Source: a virus
Lineage: Duplodnaviria; Caudoviricetes
Virus record (IMG/VR): IMGVR_UViG_3300027714_000050
Location: 1 to 36,631 of that record
Strand: one strand, 5' to 3'
Length of the DNA: 36,631 nt
The notes under the pieces were generated by a model. The model was not told the DNA's origin, made no database searches, and saw nothing but the letters and a program-made list of their open reading frames with translations. Of this stretch, positions 18,201 to 27,771 are shown piece after piece. Each line of letters starts with the position of its first letter. Within the stretch, counting starts at the first letter, position 1. The translations under genes were made by a program, and so were the position numbers.

Positions 18201-21200
18201 GCGACAATAGTGTTCACCATGCAGACAATAACACCGTAGGTTTTGTCGGTGGTCCTTACCATACTACTGATATAAGGTTAACTGATTATGCGGAGGCTTG
18301 GGCTGGCATACAACAAAATTATTGCGGCGGGAATAATAAAGGTGTATTCTTTTTAGATTCCATGCACATGGTTGCTGGTCAATCTGAAGCCAGTAACTAT
18401 GCTAAATATTGTTGTGTTACTTGGTCTGGCGCTGCTGGTGATAGTGCATCTGGTAGTAACATTATCCAGGGTGATTCTGCTTGGAGTTATCCCCCATTAA
18501 AATCTTGGCTAGGCACATATAGTAACGATAAATCGGTGGTAGATGATTTATTAGCAGGTGTAAGTGGTCAAGGATTATTGTCAACTTCTCCAGTAAAAGC
18601 CGAAAACGAAGACTACGAAGATAAAAAATTAGATGGTTGGGTTGGACACCCCCAATACGTTAAGCGAAGAATTCAAGAAGCTGATCCCGCTTATGCTCAA
18701 CATGCTGGATTAACACACGTTAACGGTTTAGAGGGTGTAGTTACCTCCAACGTAAACCACTCAAAACGAGCTAGAAGATGGTTTAGCGGAATAACTAGTG
18801 GTCAAACCGAAGATGGCAATGGGGTTGATACTAAAACTTATTCTAATGACGATGAAGAAGGAAGGCACTTTATGCATTTATCATTTTTTGCTCCAGGAAA
18901 AGACTTAACTGGAGATGCATCATCATTTTCAGATATTCCTGGCTCATTTGAGTTATTTGGCGAACGGGCTGTTGGTAATAGATTGCAAGGTATATGGGGT
19001 GGAGGACATTTTACTGGTGAAAACCCTAGTGATGTATTTGGTGCCGGAACAGTAAAGCACTCTCAAATATGTATGGAAGGTAATTACGATGACAATGGAG
19101 GTTATCTTGATGAACCGCCTGGTCCTGGCGTTGGTTTTGGTTATGATATAAGATATAAAGAACTTCACGAAAGACAATGGGATCCAACTTTTCCTTCTGA
19201 CCCTAATAATAGAACACGTGATTTTATAAGAAAATTACATACGGGCTCTCAGTTTAAGTTTAAGCCAAACTTATATGAAACCATGTCGGTTGCCAACAAG
19301 CAAAAAGCTAATGAAACTATTTACACTATAAAAAGTGTTTCTATCAAAAAATTATATAATCATACTTCCTGGAGAAACACGTTTAATAGATGGGAATACG
19401 GCGAGGGTTATAAAGCTCCAAATGATGATAGAGCTTATTGGTCTGTAGAAAGAGCAACTATGAATTGGCTTACGCATATAAAAGACAATGGCATAAAAGA
19501 ATATTCTACGCAGTGGGCAACGGATTCTGATTTAATGAGAGACAAATTAATTGATTTTGGTGCATCTCACAATAGAAGACTTTGTTATATAATAGAGTTG
19601 GATAAAGATCCAGATCATAACGAAAACTTTAACCCTATACAAGAAGGTATGGGTGTGGGTTTATTAACTGCTGATCTGGATAATAATGAGTTTCACAATA
19701 TTGAATTTTTAGAAAAAACCAAAAAAGTAGCTGGAGTTGGTGATTTAAATAAATTCCCAGCAATATGGGAGACTAGTCCAGAAAAACAAGAGGTAGATTT
19801 AGATATATATTTTGAAGCTAGTAGTAACATACCTGTTAGGCTTAACGAAAGAACAAATGAAATACTTGCTCCATTAGGTTGTTTTGTTGAACTTGTAGAT
19901 GCTCCTGTTTCAGGCACATCATATTTGATAGATTGGAACGGTTTCGAGGCTACTTTTGAACCTGGTTTTCCACTAACAGATGGAACAAACGAAATAGATT
20001 ACTCTAACGCTTCTTTTAAATTTATTAAAGGTGATGGTGGATATGTTACTGCAAGGGCAGATACAAATATACTAACTGGTTTTTCAAATGATCCTCTTGC
20101 TAAAAGAAAAACAATAGTTTTTAGAGAAGATATCGCGGAGGTTATGAATGTTGGTTTAGCTTGGAATAATTGCTTTTCATTTGGAAATGGTTTAGAATCT
20201 AATAGAATTCAAGATGACTTTAATAAAATGTTTATGCAGAATGGAGTTAGAGCATCAATAACTACACAGCAAACATACGAGGAAGAACGTAGGTCAACAG
20301 GGTTGATATATTCTGGGCTTTATAACTCTAACTCAGGTATAAACGATCTTAATCAGTTTATAATGGCTGAGAAGATCACTAAGGACTTAAATCCTACGTT
20401 TGGTAGTATACAAAAGCTATTTCAAAGAAGAATTAGTTTGGTTGCTTTTTGTGAGGATAGAGTTGTTAGTATAATGTCAAACAAAGATGCTATATATAAC
20501 GCTGATGGAAACCCACAGTTAATATCATCTAACAACGTGTTAGGTGACGCAAATCCTTTTGAAGGTAATTTTGGTATATCTAAAAATCCAGAATCATTTG
20601 CATCAGAATCTTACAGGGCTTACTTTACAGATAAAAACAGAGGAGCCGTTATTAGATTATCTAAAGATGGTTTGACACCAATATCTAGCGCTGGTATGCA
20701 TGATTGGTTTAGAGATAATTTAACTAAATACGATGCTTTGATAGGTTCGTTTGATAGTTACAAAGAAGACTACAATATAACCTTATCAGATTCTTTTGGA
20801 GAAAATCTTTTGTTCAATAGTAAAGTTAGTAGTGGGGTTGATCAAGGCACTGTGTCTGGTGGATTTGTAAATAATATAGAAAATCCTAGTGTTTATAATG
20901 GTGATAACATGACATATCCTTATCAAAGTGTTGATATGCTAGACCATGTTGATTTTACATGGGGTAGTAATAACTCCTCTTTATTGAGCACTGGTAGAGT
21001 AACTAATCACGCGGAAATTTTGGTTGGTGGTGTTTATGAGGGTCAAAGTTTTGAGGGTACTACATATAATACGAGCGCTTACTCAAATCAAAGTTACAGT
21101 GATATTGTAGATGAAAGTACTCCGGGTGAATACACTTCTTATCAATATAATTATGATGATACATTGTTAGAGGAAAACGGAGGTAATTACACTGAAACTT

Positions 21201-24200
21201 CTCAGATATATTTAGATAGTTTTGGTATAACTTTCACTGAAAACTTAACGCAGGTTAGTTACAACGCTATAGTTTATGATAACAAACCTTCATATGTTAC
21301 GGGTTTTGGCAATATTGCAGATAGTGGAATTCTTTTTTCAGGTATTTTTGATGATGGAGCAATTGGAACGCTAACACTTTTTGAAAGTGATAATAATACG
21401 CCGTTACTTTATGGTAATAGATACTGTAATCCAACTAGACGTTTTAGGGCAGGTCTTCCTACACTTGTATACCCAAATAACAGTGTCCTTTATTATAATC
21501 TTATTTACACCCCACATCCTAACTCAACTTATATAACTGATGGTACGTTTGGTAGTTACAACAGTACAAATGAAGTAACTGGTTTTCCTTCATATGATAG
21601 CGGAAATGGTAAAAAGTATTTATTGGGTTGGATTTTCAAAACATCCAGTGGTAGGATTATTTTTAATAAACTGTGGAACAGTCAAGATGTTTGGGATGAT
21701 TGGGTTGAGTTTAGGGATCTTGGGTTTAATTCTTACGATTGGGATGGAACATACAGCCAAACCGCAACCCCGTTAATGAATCAAGAGTATGACACTGCGG
21801 TTAGTAATTCAACGCTACCTGGTTTGCTTACTGACATCAATGATTCAGCTCTTGCAAGCAGCTTTTTTGATCCTGGCAATGTACCAAACTCAATATATAA
21901 CGGTGAAGAAATAAAAGTTACGCTTAGGTTTAGAGTGCCAGCAAGTTATAATAATTCTCCTCCTCCTATGGTGTACAATAATTCTGGAACTACTCTTCCT
22001 AGTTCATTCAATCACATTATACCTAGAATAGAGCTTAGGGATGGTCCTGGTGATGGTGTAGGTACCGTTATACCACCTAACGTAATAAAAGGTGTTGAAT
22101 CAATTCTTACTTTTCCTTCGACTGGTGGGTTTAAGCCGCACGGTAGTAAAGATATTAACAACGAAAATTACAATGCAAATTTCAGTATACAAACCAATGC
22201 TTATACAACTAACTTGGATCTTGCAGTAAACGCTCTTGGTTGGAGTTCTTCTGGAACTCTAAGCTATGACTTTGAGCACTTGAAAGGTTTTTCGCCCTCA
22301 AGTATTGTAGATTTTCCTCTTACACATTTTGGACCAACACCAACCGCAACTAATAGTGGTTATGGAGATCTATTCGATCAAATAGATCAACAAGGGCGGA
22401 CAGATCCTAATGTTACACACGCGATTTATTCGTGTTCAGTATACTTTAAATTTACAGATCCTAACCAAAGTATTTTGTTACCAACAAACGGGATTGTTGA
22501 TTTTATAGACACGTCTTCAATTGAAGTTGAATCAAGAATTGTTGTTCAAGATTTAGTTGTTAGAGTAGGTCAAGTTAATCCAGATGTTTACACTAGTTAT
22601 TGGCCACTAACTGGTACTGAACCTCTTAAACCACAGTGGGAAATAATATCTCTTGATGTTGAAAAAGTAGTTAATGTAACCGCACCACAATCTTATTTGT
22701 TAGGAGGAATTAGCAGTAATACAGATGCGGTTGTTGGAAACACCGGTACACCAGGCGTAGTAGATAGTAATGGCCAACCTTTTATCGATAAAATACCCAC
22801 CGATGCAGAAGGAGCAATTCCCGCTTGGACTGAAGTTCAAAACATGGGTATAAATGGTTGGGCTAGCGCTACGATGTTAGGAACTAACAACTCTCAATTG
22901 CAACAAGAAGTAGAATTTGGTAACACATATTCTGGGTTAGTGAAAAGTAGAGAAGCTGGTGGACAAACTTATAATTGGTTAGAGCCAGATTTAACTTTAG
23001 ATGCCAGTATTCACGGTACCACTGGTTACACGGGTTATAACGTTCTACCAGCTGTATCAGGTACAATACTTGAAGAGCTTGAAGCAGGTGATTTAATTAC
23101 AGACTTTGCAAACGAATACTATAGAGTGCAACAATCAGGCACCGATGCAATGTTTGACTTAACATATACTCTTTCTAATGCAAACAAATGGGAAGATAAT
23201 CACTGGTATTTAATAGATGTAGAGTTTGAAGGAGATGAGGTTCCCGATGGTGACAGTTTAACAGGTACTGGTAGTGGTCATGGTAAGTTAGTTATTGTAG
23301 GCGTAACCAATCTTCCAGCTGGTGGTGTTCACGGTGACATTGTTGATAGCCGAGGAGTTGGTACTCATTCTACAACCACTATTGTGGGTTCAACACCACA
23401 AGCAAACATAGAGCTAGTTCCAACAGAAAGAAATGAGTATGGTAATGTAAATGGCTCTGGTGATGGAAAAATTGTTTTAAGAGCGATTTTTAAAGTTCAC
23501 GAAAATAGCTTCGTGGCTTCAACATCTGTGGAAAGACTAAAACTAAAGTTAAGGTTTGCTAGGTTTACCATTGGCACTAAAATAACAAAAATAATTTCTA
23601 AAAAATTATCTAAACTACCTAATGGTGGAGAAGCTGAAAGCTGGACACACTCGTCAGACACTACCGTGCACTCGCTACAAAAAAGATCAATGTACTTTGA
23701 CAATCTGTCTGTTGGAATAGGCTCTGCATTAATGTGGGAAAACAGGCAGACAACAGGAAGTTCAGGAACCAGTTCTTGGGATCAAACATTTGCTCCAGGA
23801 AATGCACCGCAAACTTCAGGTAAACACTGGAGACTTCGTTTTAAGGTTAGTGATAACCCAAATACAGAATCGATGACTGGTAGTTTAAATTGCATTATAC
23901 AGAATGATTTTGGTGATTTTGCTTCTGGACAATGTAACGGGATGCTATTGACTGGAATAACCGATCCTGGTACTTATGAGTTTACGTTTAACATAGGTGG
24001 TCCTGATGGAGGTGATGGTTTTAATGCGGTTGATGATGAAGGAAATCCTGTTTGGAAAGCCAGTAAAATAAACGATGCTAGTTGGACACCAAGCCAATTT
24101 AGAGTTAGTGGATACACAACTACCTCAAGCTTAAAAAATAAAATCAGGTTTTGGGGAGGTACTGATGGTTCAAGCCCATTGACATGTGCTGTTAGTGAAA

Positions 24201-25324
24201 TTTTATTAACTGATGAAACAGAAGTTTTAACAGGTGGTACAGCTAACTCTTGGAGTTGGAATGGTTTTGACGATGCTTTAGAGAGTTATATTTTTTGGAA
24301 CCAAGAATTAGGTAGGATTGAATATACAGCTTGCCCTGTTATTGACCCATTATACAACGTTGGTGGCGCTGCTGAACAAATAAGTGTAAGCCAATTTATT
24401 GAACTACCTATTAAAAAAGGCGAAAGGTATAAGGTAAGCGTGAAGCACGAAATAAGTGAGGGTAGATTAGGTGTTTACTACTATAATGCTCAAGGATTTG
24501 GATTTAGAATGTTTGATATAGGACCTGGTGCTGGTACATCTACTGGTACTTTTGTTGTTGGAGAATATCAGTGGAGTAGCTTAAACCCTGCTGATAATTC
24601 ATATTTACCTGAGTTAAAAAGTACTTTTGTTATAAGACAACACGATGACAGTCCAGAAGTCAATGGTAATATTGACGACATAACTATGATGAGGCAATAT
24701 GATTTAACACAACAACAACCAATTACTGTTTCTTTTAATGAAAGAATAAATGGATGGACTAGTTTTAAAAGTTTTGTACCAGAAAGTGGTTTAAGTTTAT
24801 CTAAAAAATACTTTACGTTTTTAAACGGTGGTTTATGGCAGCATTACATGCCCATGCAGTATAACACTGCTTTAGGAAAGTGGGATACATCTTCTGTTGA
24901 AGATGCTACAAACTATAATATATTTTACAATAATAACTATGATTATAATAAGCCGGCAAGTATAACAGCTGTTTTAAACAATGAGCCCTCGGTAGTAAAA
25001 GTATTTAACACTTTAAACTACGAAGGAAGTCAATCTTTAGTTAAAGTTCCACAAACAATTGGATCAATCACGGCGGAAGCTCAAGTAACAATAAATAACG
25101 TTATTGCCTGGAACAACGTGCACAGTGGAGTACGTAATCACATTATGGGTTGGAGTTGCTCTAGCATACAAACCGATTTAGAAGCTGGTTCTGTAAATAA
25201 TTTTATAAAAAAAGAGGGCAAGTGGTTTGGCTACATAAAAGGACTTGAAACAGATAAACCTATAGACACTATGCTTTTTAGCGTACAGGGTATTGGCATC
25301 GCAAGTAGTGTAACGCCGATATAG
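15275..25324 (+). CDS. Giant tail muzzle/stabilisation protein (3349 aa) with large insertions
   Basis: GKMNKDLDERL, ITGINIIDNLLFWTD, GNRVVYGNY, FGISKNPESFA, AYFTDKNRGAVIRL, GWTSFKSF and FIKKEGKWF blocks recall crAss-like/P22 gp10-like tail nozzle proteins; position after the ring genes. Confidence 0.7.
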   Translation: MPEIKNTFVGGKMNKDLDERLMPNGQYRDALNVEVSTAEGPGIGVVKNILGNKRLESIIPDKFTCVGSIADEKNNKLYWFITTHEKDAIIEYDIANDLVLPVVVDTNSSNSKAVLRFGVTPIITGINIIDNLLFWTDNLTDPKKINIDECKKGTLNIDTHTQLTFENGSFEGVTIENVVMTHTGVNNNGLNFLIKNALGGRYFFFNAKQIGRALGYEGAPPDAQHYFVRQYRNGLFLRRVLVKLWTATDQSGQSQNGTHGRVAHTSPDFQHDGSSSDSNIVSASNGIGYYDTQLNPDFIVGDILYGDNVSVDIEERHITVIKPKPLLAPSFKINHDKYKGVEARFSIKKNTNSTRNIPNLFETKFPRFAYRYKFRDGEFSAFSPFTAVVFNPAYPKDINNSIETNVFYNKDNSYDIKDPSNKAMANSIHSIELTDFITYHTPEDVIEVDILYKQENSSVIYSIATIKHNDPEWHLPGNTQGYDLGYNKTIRYAPDNFIANGGFTKGKFVITTENIYAALPANQLLRPFDNVPRRALAQEVTGNRVVYGNYLQNYNLGNHKTKMSAVYGQRNNINTFEAQGLPSIKSQRNYQLGVIYCDEHGRETPVFTSNKSAVAVPWANVNGLKNASQSNQLSTSITADFPRWVDSIKFYVKETSNEYYNLVMDRAWVVQKTYELDNSEGHMWISFPSSDRNKISEQDYIILKKQVGAGQEQVQDENKFKIIDISNEAPDAIKYELVNQGVTNTEAETAALFADVGTGGERPDNAGTNNLFINVEAWSKGNSFMGIPFNDGDPDIVGPNTRVKLDGLYVSWFRLNPNQSQASKKYKVLSGRLVSGAENIMLKLASDITQIDADIAHIDNVSPAGFDPATNMHGDIRFQIEKKEEKTGEDFSGSFFVKISKNQVTELIESGSKTNIITDHSVSAKTPIFWWRDEIAGDTGSTGTTNEIRTNDDDYGLATYSGLGSLADDGAGDMASDNSVHHADNNTVGFVGGPYHTTDIRLTDYAEAWAGIQQNYCGGNNKGVFFLDSMHMVAGQSEASNYAKYCCVTWSGAAGDSASGSNIIQGDSAWSYPPLKSWLGTYSNDKSVVDDLLAGVSGQGLLSTSPVKAENEDYEDKKLDGWVGHPQYVKRRIQEADPAYAQHAGLTHVNGLEGVVTSNVNHSKRARRWFSGITSGQTEDGNGVDTKTYSNDDEEGRHFMHLSFFAPGKDLTGDASSFSDIPGSFELFGERAVGNRLQGIWGGGHFTGENPSDVFGAGTVKHSQICMEGNYDDNGGYLDEPPGPGVGFGYDIRYKELHERQWDPTFPSDPNNRTRDFIRKLHTGSQFKFKPNLYETMSVANKQKANETIYTIKSVSIKKLYNHTSWRNTFNRWEYGEGYKAPNDDRAYWSVERATMNWLTHIKDNGIKEYSTQWATDSDLMRDKLIDFGASHNRRLCYIIELDKDPDHNENFNPIQEGMGVGLLTADLDNNEFHNIEFLEKTKKVAGVGDLNKFPAIWETSPEKQEVDLDIYFEASSNIPVRLNERTNEILAPLGCFVELVDAPVSGTSYLIDWNGFEATFEPGFPLTDGTNEIDYSNASFKFIKGDGGYVTARADTNILTGFSNDPLAKRKTIVFREDIAEVMNVGLAWNNCFSFGNGLESNRIQDDFNKMFMQNGVRASITTQQTYEEERRSTGLIYSGLYNSNSGINDLNQFIMAEKITKDLNPTFGSIQKLFQRRISLVAFCEDRVVSIMSNKDAIYNADGNPQLISSNNVLGDANPFEGNFGISKNPESFASESYRAYFTDKNRGAVIRLSKDGLTPISSAGMHDWFRDNLTKYDALIGSFDSYKEDYNITLSDSFGENLLFNSKVSSGVDQGTVSGGFVNNIENPSVYNGDNMTYPYQSVDMLDHVDFTWGSNNSSLLSTGRVTNHAEILVGGVYEGQSFEGTTYNTSAYSNQSYSDIVDESTPGEYTSYQYNYDDTLLEENGGNYTETSQIYLDSFGITFTENLTQVSYNAIVYDNKPSYVTGFGNIADSGILFSGIFDDGAIGTLTLFESDNNTPLLYGNRYCNPTRRFRAGLPTLVYPNNSVLYYNLIYTPHPNSTYITDGTFGSYNSTNEVTGFPSYDSGNGKKYLLGWIFKTSSGRIIFNKLWNSQDVWDDWVEFRDLGFNSYDWDGTYSQTATPLMNQEYDTAVSNSTLPGLLTDINDSALASSFFDPGNVPNSIYNGEEIKVTLRFRVPASYNNSPPPMVYNNSGTTLPSSFNHIIPRIELRDGPGDGVGTVIPPNVIKGVESILTFPSTGGFKPHGSKDINNENYNANFSIQTNAYTTNLDLAVNALGWSSSGTLSYDFEHLKGFSPSSIVDFPLTHFGPTPTATNSGYGDLFDQIDQQGRTDPNVTHAIYSCSVYFKFTDPNQSILLPTNGIVDFIDTSSIEVESRIVVQDLVVRVGQVNPDVYTSYWPLTGTEPLKPQWEIISLDVEKVVNVTAPQSYLLGGISSNTDAVVGNTGTPGVVDSNGQPFIDKIPTDAEGAIPAWTEVQNMGINGWASATMLGTNNSQLQQEVEFGNTYSGLVKSREAGGQTYNWLEPDLTLDASIHGTTGYTGYNVLPAVSGTILEELEAGDLITDFANEYYRVQQSGTDAMFDLTYTLSNANKWEDNHWYLIDVEFEGDEVPDGDSLTGTGSGHGKLVIVGVTNLPAGGVHGDIVDSRGVGTHSTTTIVGSTPQANIELVPTERNEYGNVNGSGDGKIVLRAIFKVHENSFVASTSVERLKLKLRFARFTIGTKITKIISKKLSKLPNGGEAESWTHSSDTTVHSLQKRSMYFDNLSVGIGSALMWENRQTTGSSGTSSWDQTFAPGNAPQTSGKHWRLRFKVSDNPNTESMTGSLNCIIQNDFGDFASGQCNGMLLTGITDPGTYEFTFNIGGPDGGDGFNAVDDEGNPVWKASKINDASWTPSQFRVSGYTTTSSLKNKIRFWGGTDGSSPLTCAVSEILLTDETEVLTGGTANSWSWNGFDDALESYIFWNQELGRIEYTACPVIDPLYNVGGAAEQISVSQFIELPIKKGERYKVSVKHEISEGRLGVYYYNAQGFGFRMFDIGPGAGTSTGTFVVGEYQWSSLNPADNSYLPELKSTFVIRQHDDSPEVNGNIDDITMMRQYDLTQQQPITVSFNERINGWTSFKSFVPESGLSLSKKYFTFLNGGLWQHYMPMQYNTALGKWDTSSVEDATNYNIFYNNNYDYNKPASITAVLNNEPSVVKVFNTLNYEGSQSLVKVPQTIGSITAEAQVTINNVIAWNNVHSGVRNHIMGWSCSSIQTDLEAGSVNNFIKKEGKWFGYIKGLETDKPIDTMLFSVQGIGIASSVTPI

Positions 25325-25360
25325 TTAGTGAAATTTACAAGCAAAAAATAAAACTATAAT

Positions 25361-26917
25361 ATGTCATATCACAATAATACATCTACATCTACACCTACAT
25401 CTACACCTACATCTACATCTGCTAGGCAATCAAATACTACGCCTCCAGCTGCTAGGCAGTCTCAAGTAAATATTCCACCACCACTAGCGGATGCACCCCA
25501 ACCTCGACCTTTATTGTTAGAAGTTGAAAATTACTTGCAGCCAGAAGAAATTTTAAATAAAAAAGTTGCTCCACCGGGATACCATTATATGCCTGATGGA
25601 ACTTTAATGTTAGATTCTGTAATGCAAGTAATACCAAAAGGGCCAGAACAAGTATTTACACCTATTGATTTTTTTAATAATCAAACAATAGAACAAGTAG
25701 CAGTTGATTTAAAAACAATATATGAATTTAGTATAGAAACATCTGAAATGCCTACCGCAGAAACAACAAGAGAGTTTACTGTTACGGGAACACCAAATAC
25801 TAAATTTATAATACAAGTTGCTCAAAGTGGTACTATTAAATATTATGATTTTGTTTTAAATAGTTTTACCCTAGGCCATGTTAGTAGTAGTAATAATTTA
25901 AACGTTACATTATCATCAAATGGTAAATTTAGTGGTTCAATAAAGTTTCCTAGTGGAGGTGGTACGTATGTTATTAGCTTACTACCTTTACAAGACACGG
26001 TGATATATGGCGGTTTAAGCGTTATTAGTCAAAAAATAGAAAAAGCAGCTAGTAACGCCGTTTTAACGTTTAAAGCTTTTACAGCTAACACAAATAATTA
26101 CGCTACTTTCCCAACAAAAACTTCAACTGGAGGTCCTGGTGAGTTTGATGATTTTGATTTTGATTTTGACATAACAAATGCCTCTACAGATGCTGGTGGG
26201 TTTGGTTTAATTCCAACAAGTAGCTTTAAAGATTTAAATTTAATTAATAACTTATGGTTTTTTTCAACAACAGAAACTGTTGATGGCGCCGTGTCACCTA
26301 CTGACTATAACGGAGGTTTTGTTGTTAAAGTAGACGATTTAACTGATATAGGTACTGGTTCTTATATATCAGCGGTAAGTGCTGGTAGTTTAGTTGGGAA
26401 ACCAATAGTCACAAGTATTAACACTGATGCCAAAGAGCTAACAATAAGCATTGCTCAAACTTTTGCAAACGACATAACGCTAACGTTTAGAGCCGATGGT
26501 GTTACGGCTATTGAAAAAGCAATAGGCGTAAAAATGACTTTTAGTTTTGCAAGACTAGATGAAACAAAATTTAATAAAACAAATAAGCTAGTAAAAACAG
26601 TTAGAGCCGGTAGTAGTGGTACCACTATTAATTTAAACGGAACTTATGGTGTTGGGCATAATGATGTTGCTGCCTTTATTAGTGGGGTTGGAATAACCAC
26701 AGCTACTGTCGTAAGTGTTAGCGCTAGTAGTAGCGCTGGATCTATGGTGGTTAGTGCCTCTCAAGGAGCCCTAACTGTTGGTACATCAATTTTATTTGAT
26801 AATATAGTTCAAGTTTTTAATGTTTTTGGAAACATAAAAATAAATAGTTATTCAACCGCTAATCAAGATATATATTTAGATATAGATAAATTTTTAACCC
26901 CAGGAACAGCATCGTAA
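25361..26917 (+). CDS. Probable virion structural protein (tail fibre/appendage-like)
   Basis: T/S/P low-complexity N-terminus, APPGYHYMPDG motif, T/S/G/V-rich beta-strand C-terminal part. Confidence 0.6.
   Translation: MSYHNNTSTSTPTSTPTSTSARQSNTTPPAARQSQVNIPPPLADAPQPRPLLLEVENYLQPEEILNKKVAPPGYHYMPDGTLMLDSVMQVIPKGPEQVFTPIDFFNNQTIEQVAVDLKTIYEFSIETSEMPTAETTREFTVTGTPNTKFIIQVAQSGTIKYYDFVLNSFTLGHVSSSNNLNVTLSSNGKFSGSIKFPSGGGTYVISLLPLQDTVIYGGLSVISQKIEKAASNAVLTFKAFTANTNNYATFPTKTSTGGPGEFDDFDFDFDITNASTDAGGFGLIPTSSFKDLNLINNLWFFSTTETVDGAVSPTDYNGGFVVKVDDLTDIGTGSYISAVSAGSLVGKPIVTSINTDAKELTISIAQTFANDITLTFRADGVTAIEKAIGVKMTFSFARLDETKFNKTNKLVKTVRAGSSGTTINLNGTYGVGHNDVAAFISGVGITTATVVSVSASSSAGSMVVSASQGALTVGTSILFDNIVQVFNVFGNIKINSYSTANQDIYLDIDKFLTPGTAS
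25379..25420 (+). repeat. In-frame hexamer tandem repeat (ACAYCT)x7 encoding TSTSTPTSTPTSTS
   Basis: ACATCT ACATCT ACACCT ACATCT ACACCT ACATCT ACATCT read directly. Confidence 0.9.
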
Positions 26918-26929
26918 TAAAATAAAAAC

Positions 26930-27280
26930 ATGGCACAAATAAAAATAACTTTTGGAAAAGAAATAAACTCATCTTTACAAACTAAAGATATAGCTCATTT
27001 TTCAAAAACAAAATCAGCGTTAACAATAAGTGAGCCAACACAATTGGGTATAGTTGTTTTAGTTAGAAGAGATTTAAATTACATAGTAGTTGATGTTGAT
27101 TTAAATGATCCAGCAATCGCCGGGTTTGTAGCCCAAGATTTTGTGTTTTTTAGTAAAAATATTTCTACGAACGAGTCTAGTTTAAAGGGGTACTACGCGG
27201 CTGTAACTTTTGAAAACAACAGTAATACTAGATCAGAGTTATTTGCTGTAAGCTCAGAAATAGCTTTAAGTAGTAAATAA
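26930..27280 (+). CDS. Small probable tail-associated protein
   Basis: 116 aa, INSSLQxxD ... FFSKN ... SSLKGYYA ... ELFAVSSE; A-rich leader. Confidence 0.65.
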   Translation: MAQIKITFGKEINSSLQTKDIAHFSKTKSALTISEPTQLGIVVLVRRDLNYIVVDVDLNDPAIAGFVAQDFVFFSKNISTNESSLKGYYAAVTFENNSNTRSELFAVSSEIALSSK

Positions 27281-27324
27281 ACGGCATAAAGTGTGACTAT
27301 ATAATTACAATTAAATAAAATTAT

Positions 27325-27765
27325 ATGGACAACAACATTGAGTTTAGAACTTTTAAAAAAGGAGACTACGAAGCTTGTTGCGAATGGTGGAGATGGTGGT
27401 GGAAACGTAGTGGTCAAAATCCAATTGCAAGAGCTTTTTTACCAAAAGACGAAAGATGTTTTGTTATAGAAAAAAATGGCGTGCCAATAGCTTGTTACTT
27501 TCTTTTTATAATGGAACCTCATATAGTTGGTTGGACAACATATTTAGTGTCTAATCCAGAGTACAACGAAAAAGATAGAAGAAAAATAATAAAAACTTTG
27601 ATAACAAAGGTAGAAAAAGAAGCTGAAAAAATTGGTATAATGCAATTGTTTACCGTTTGTGGTAATGATACTATGTCAGGTATACACGAAAGCTTAGACT
27701 GGATGTTAATACCCGTGCAAAATGAAGCTTTTAAATACTTAACAAACAATTTTATAAAAAAATAA
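27325..27765 (+). CDS. GNAT-fold acetyltransferase-like protein
   Basis: 146 aa with the GNAT pattern IEFRTF...DY, FVIEKNGVPIAC, YLVSNPEY, helix ...EAEKIG..QLFT and N...HESLDW. Positioned before the ejection proteins. Confidence 0.6.
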   Translation: MDNNIEFRTFKKGDYEACCEWWRWWWKRSGQNPIARAFLPKDERCFVIEKNGVPIACYFLFIMEPHIVGWTTYLVSNPEYNEKDRRKIIKTLITKVEKEAEKIGIMQLFTVCGNDTMSGIHESLDWMLIPVQNEAFKYLTNNFIKK

Positions 27766-27771
27766 AACACC

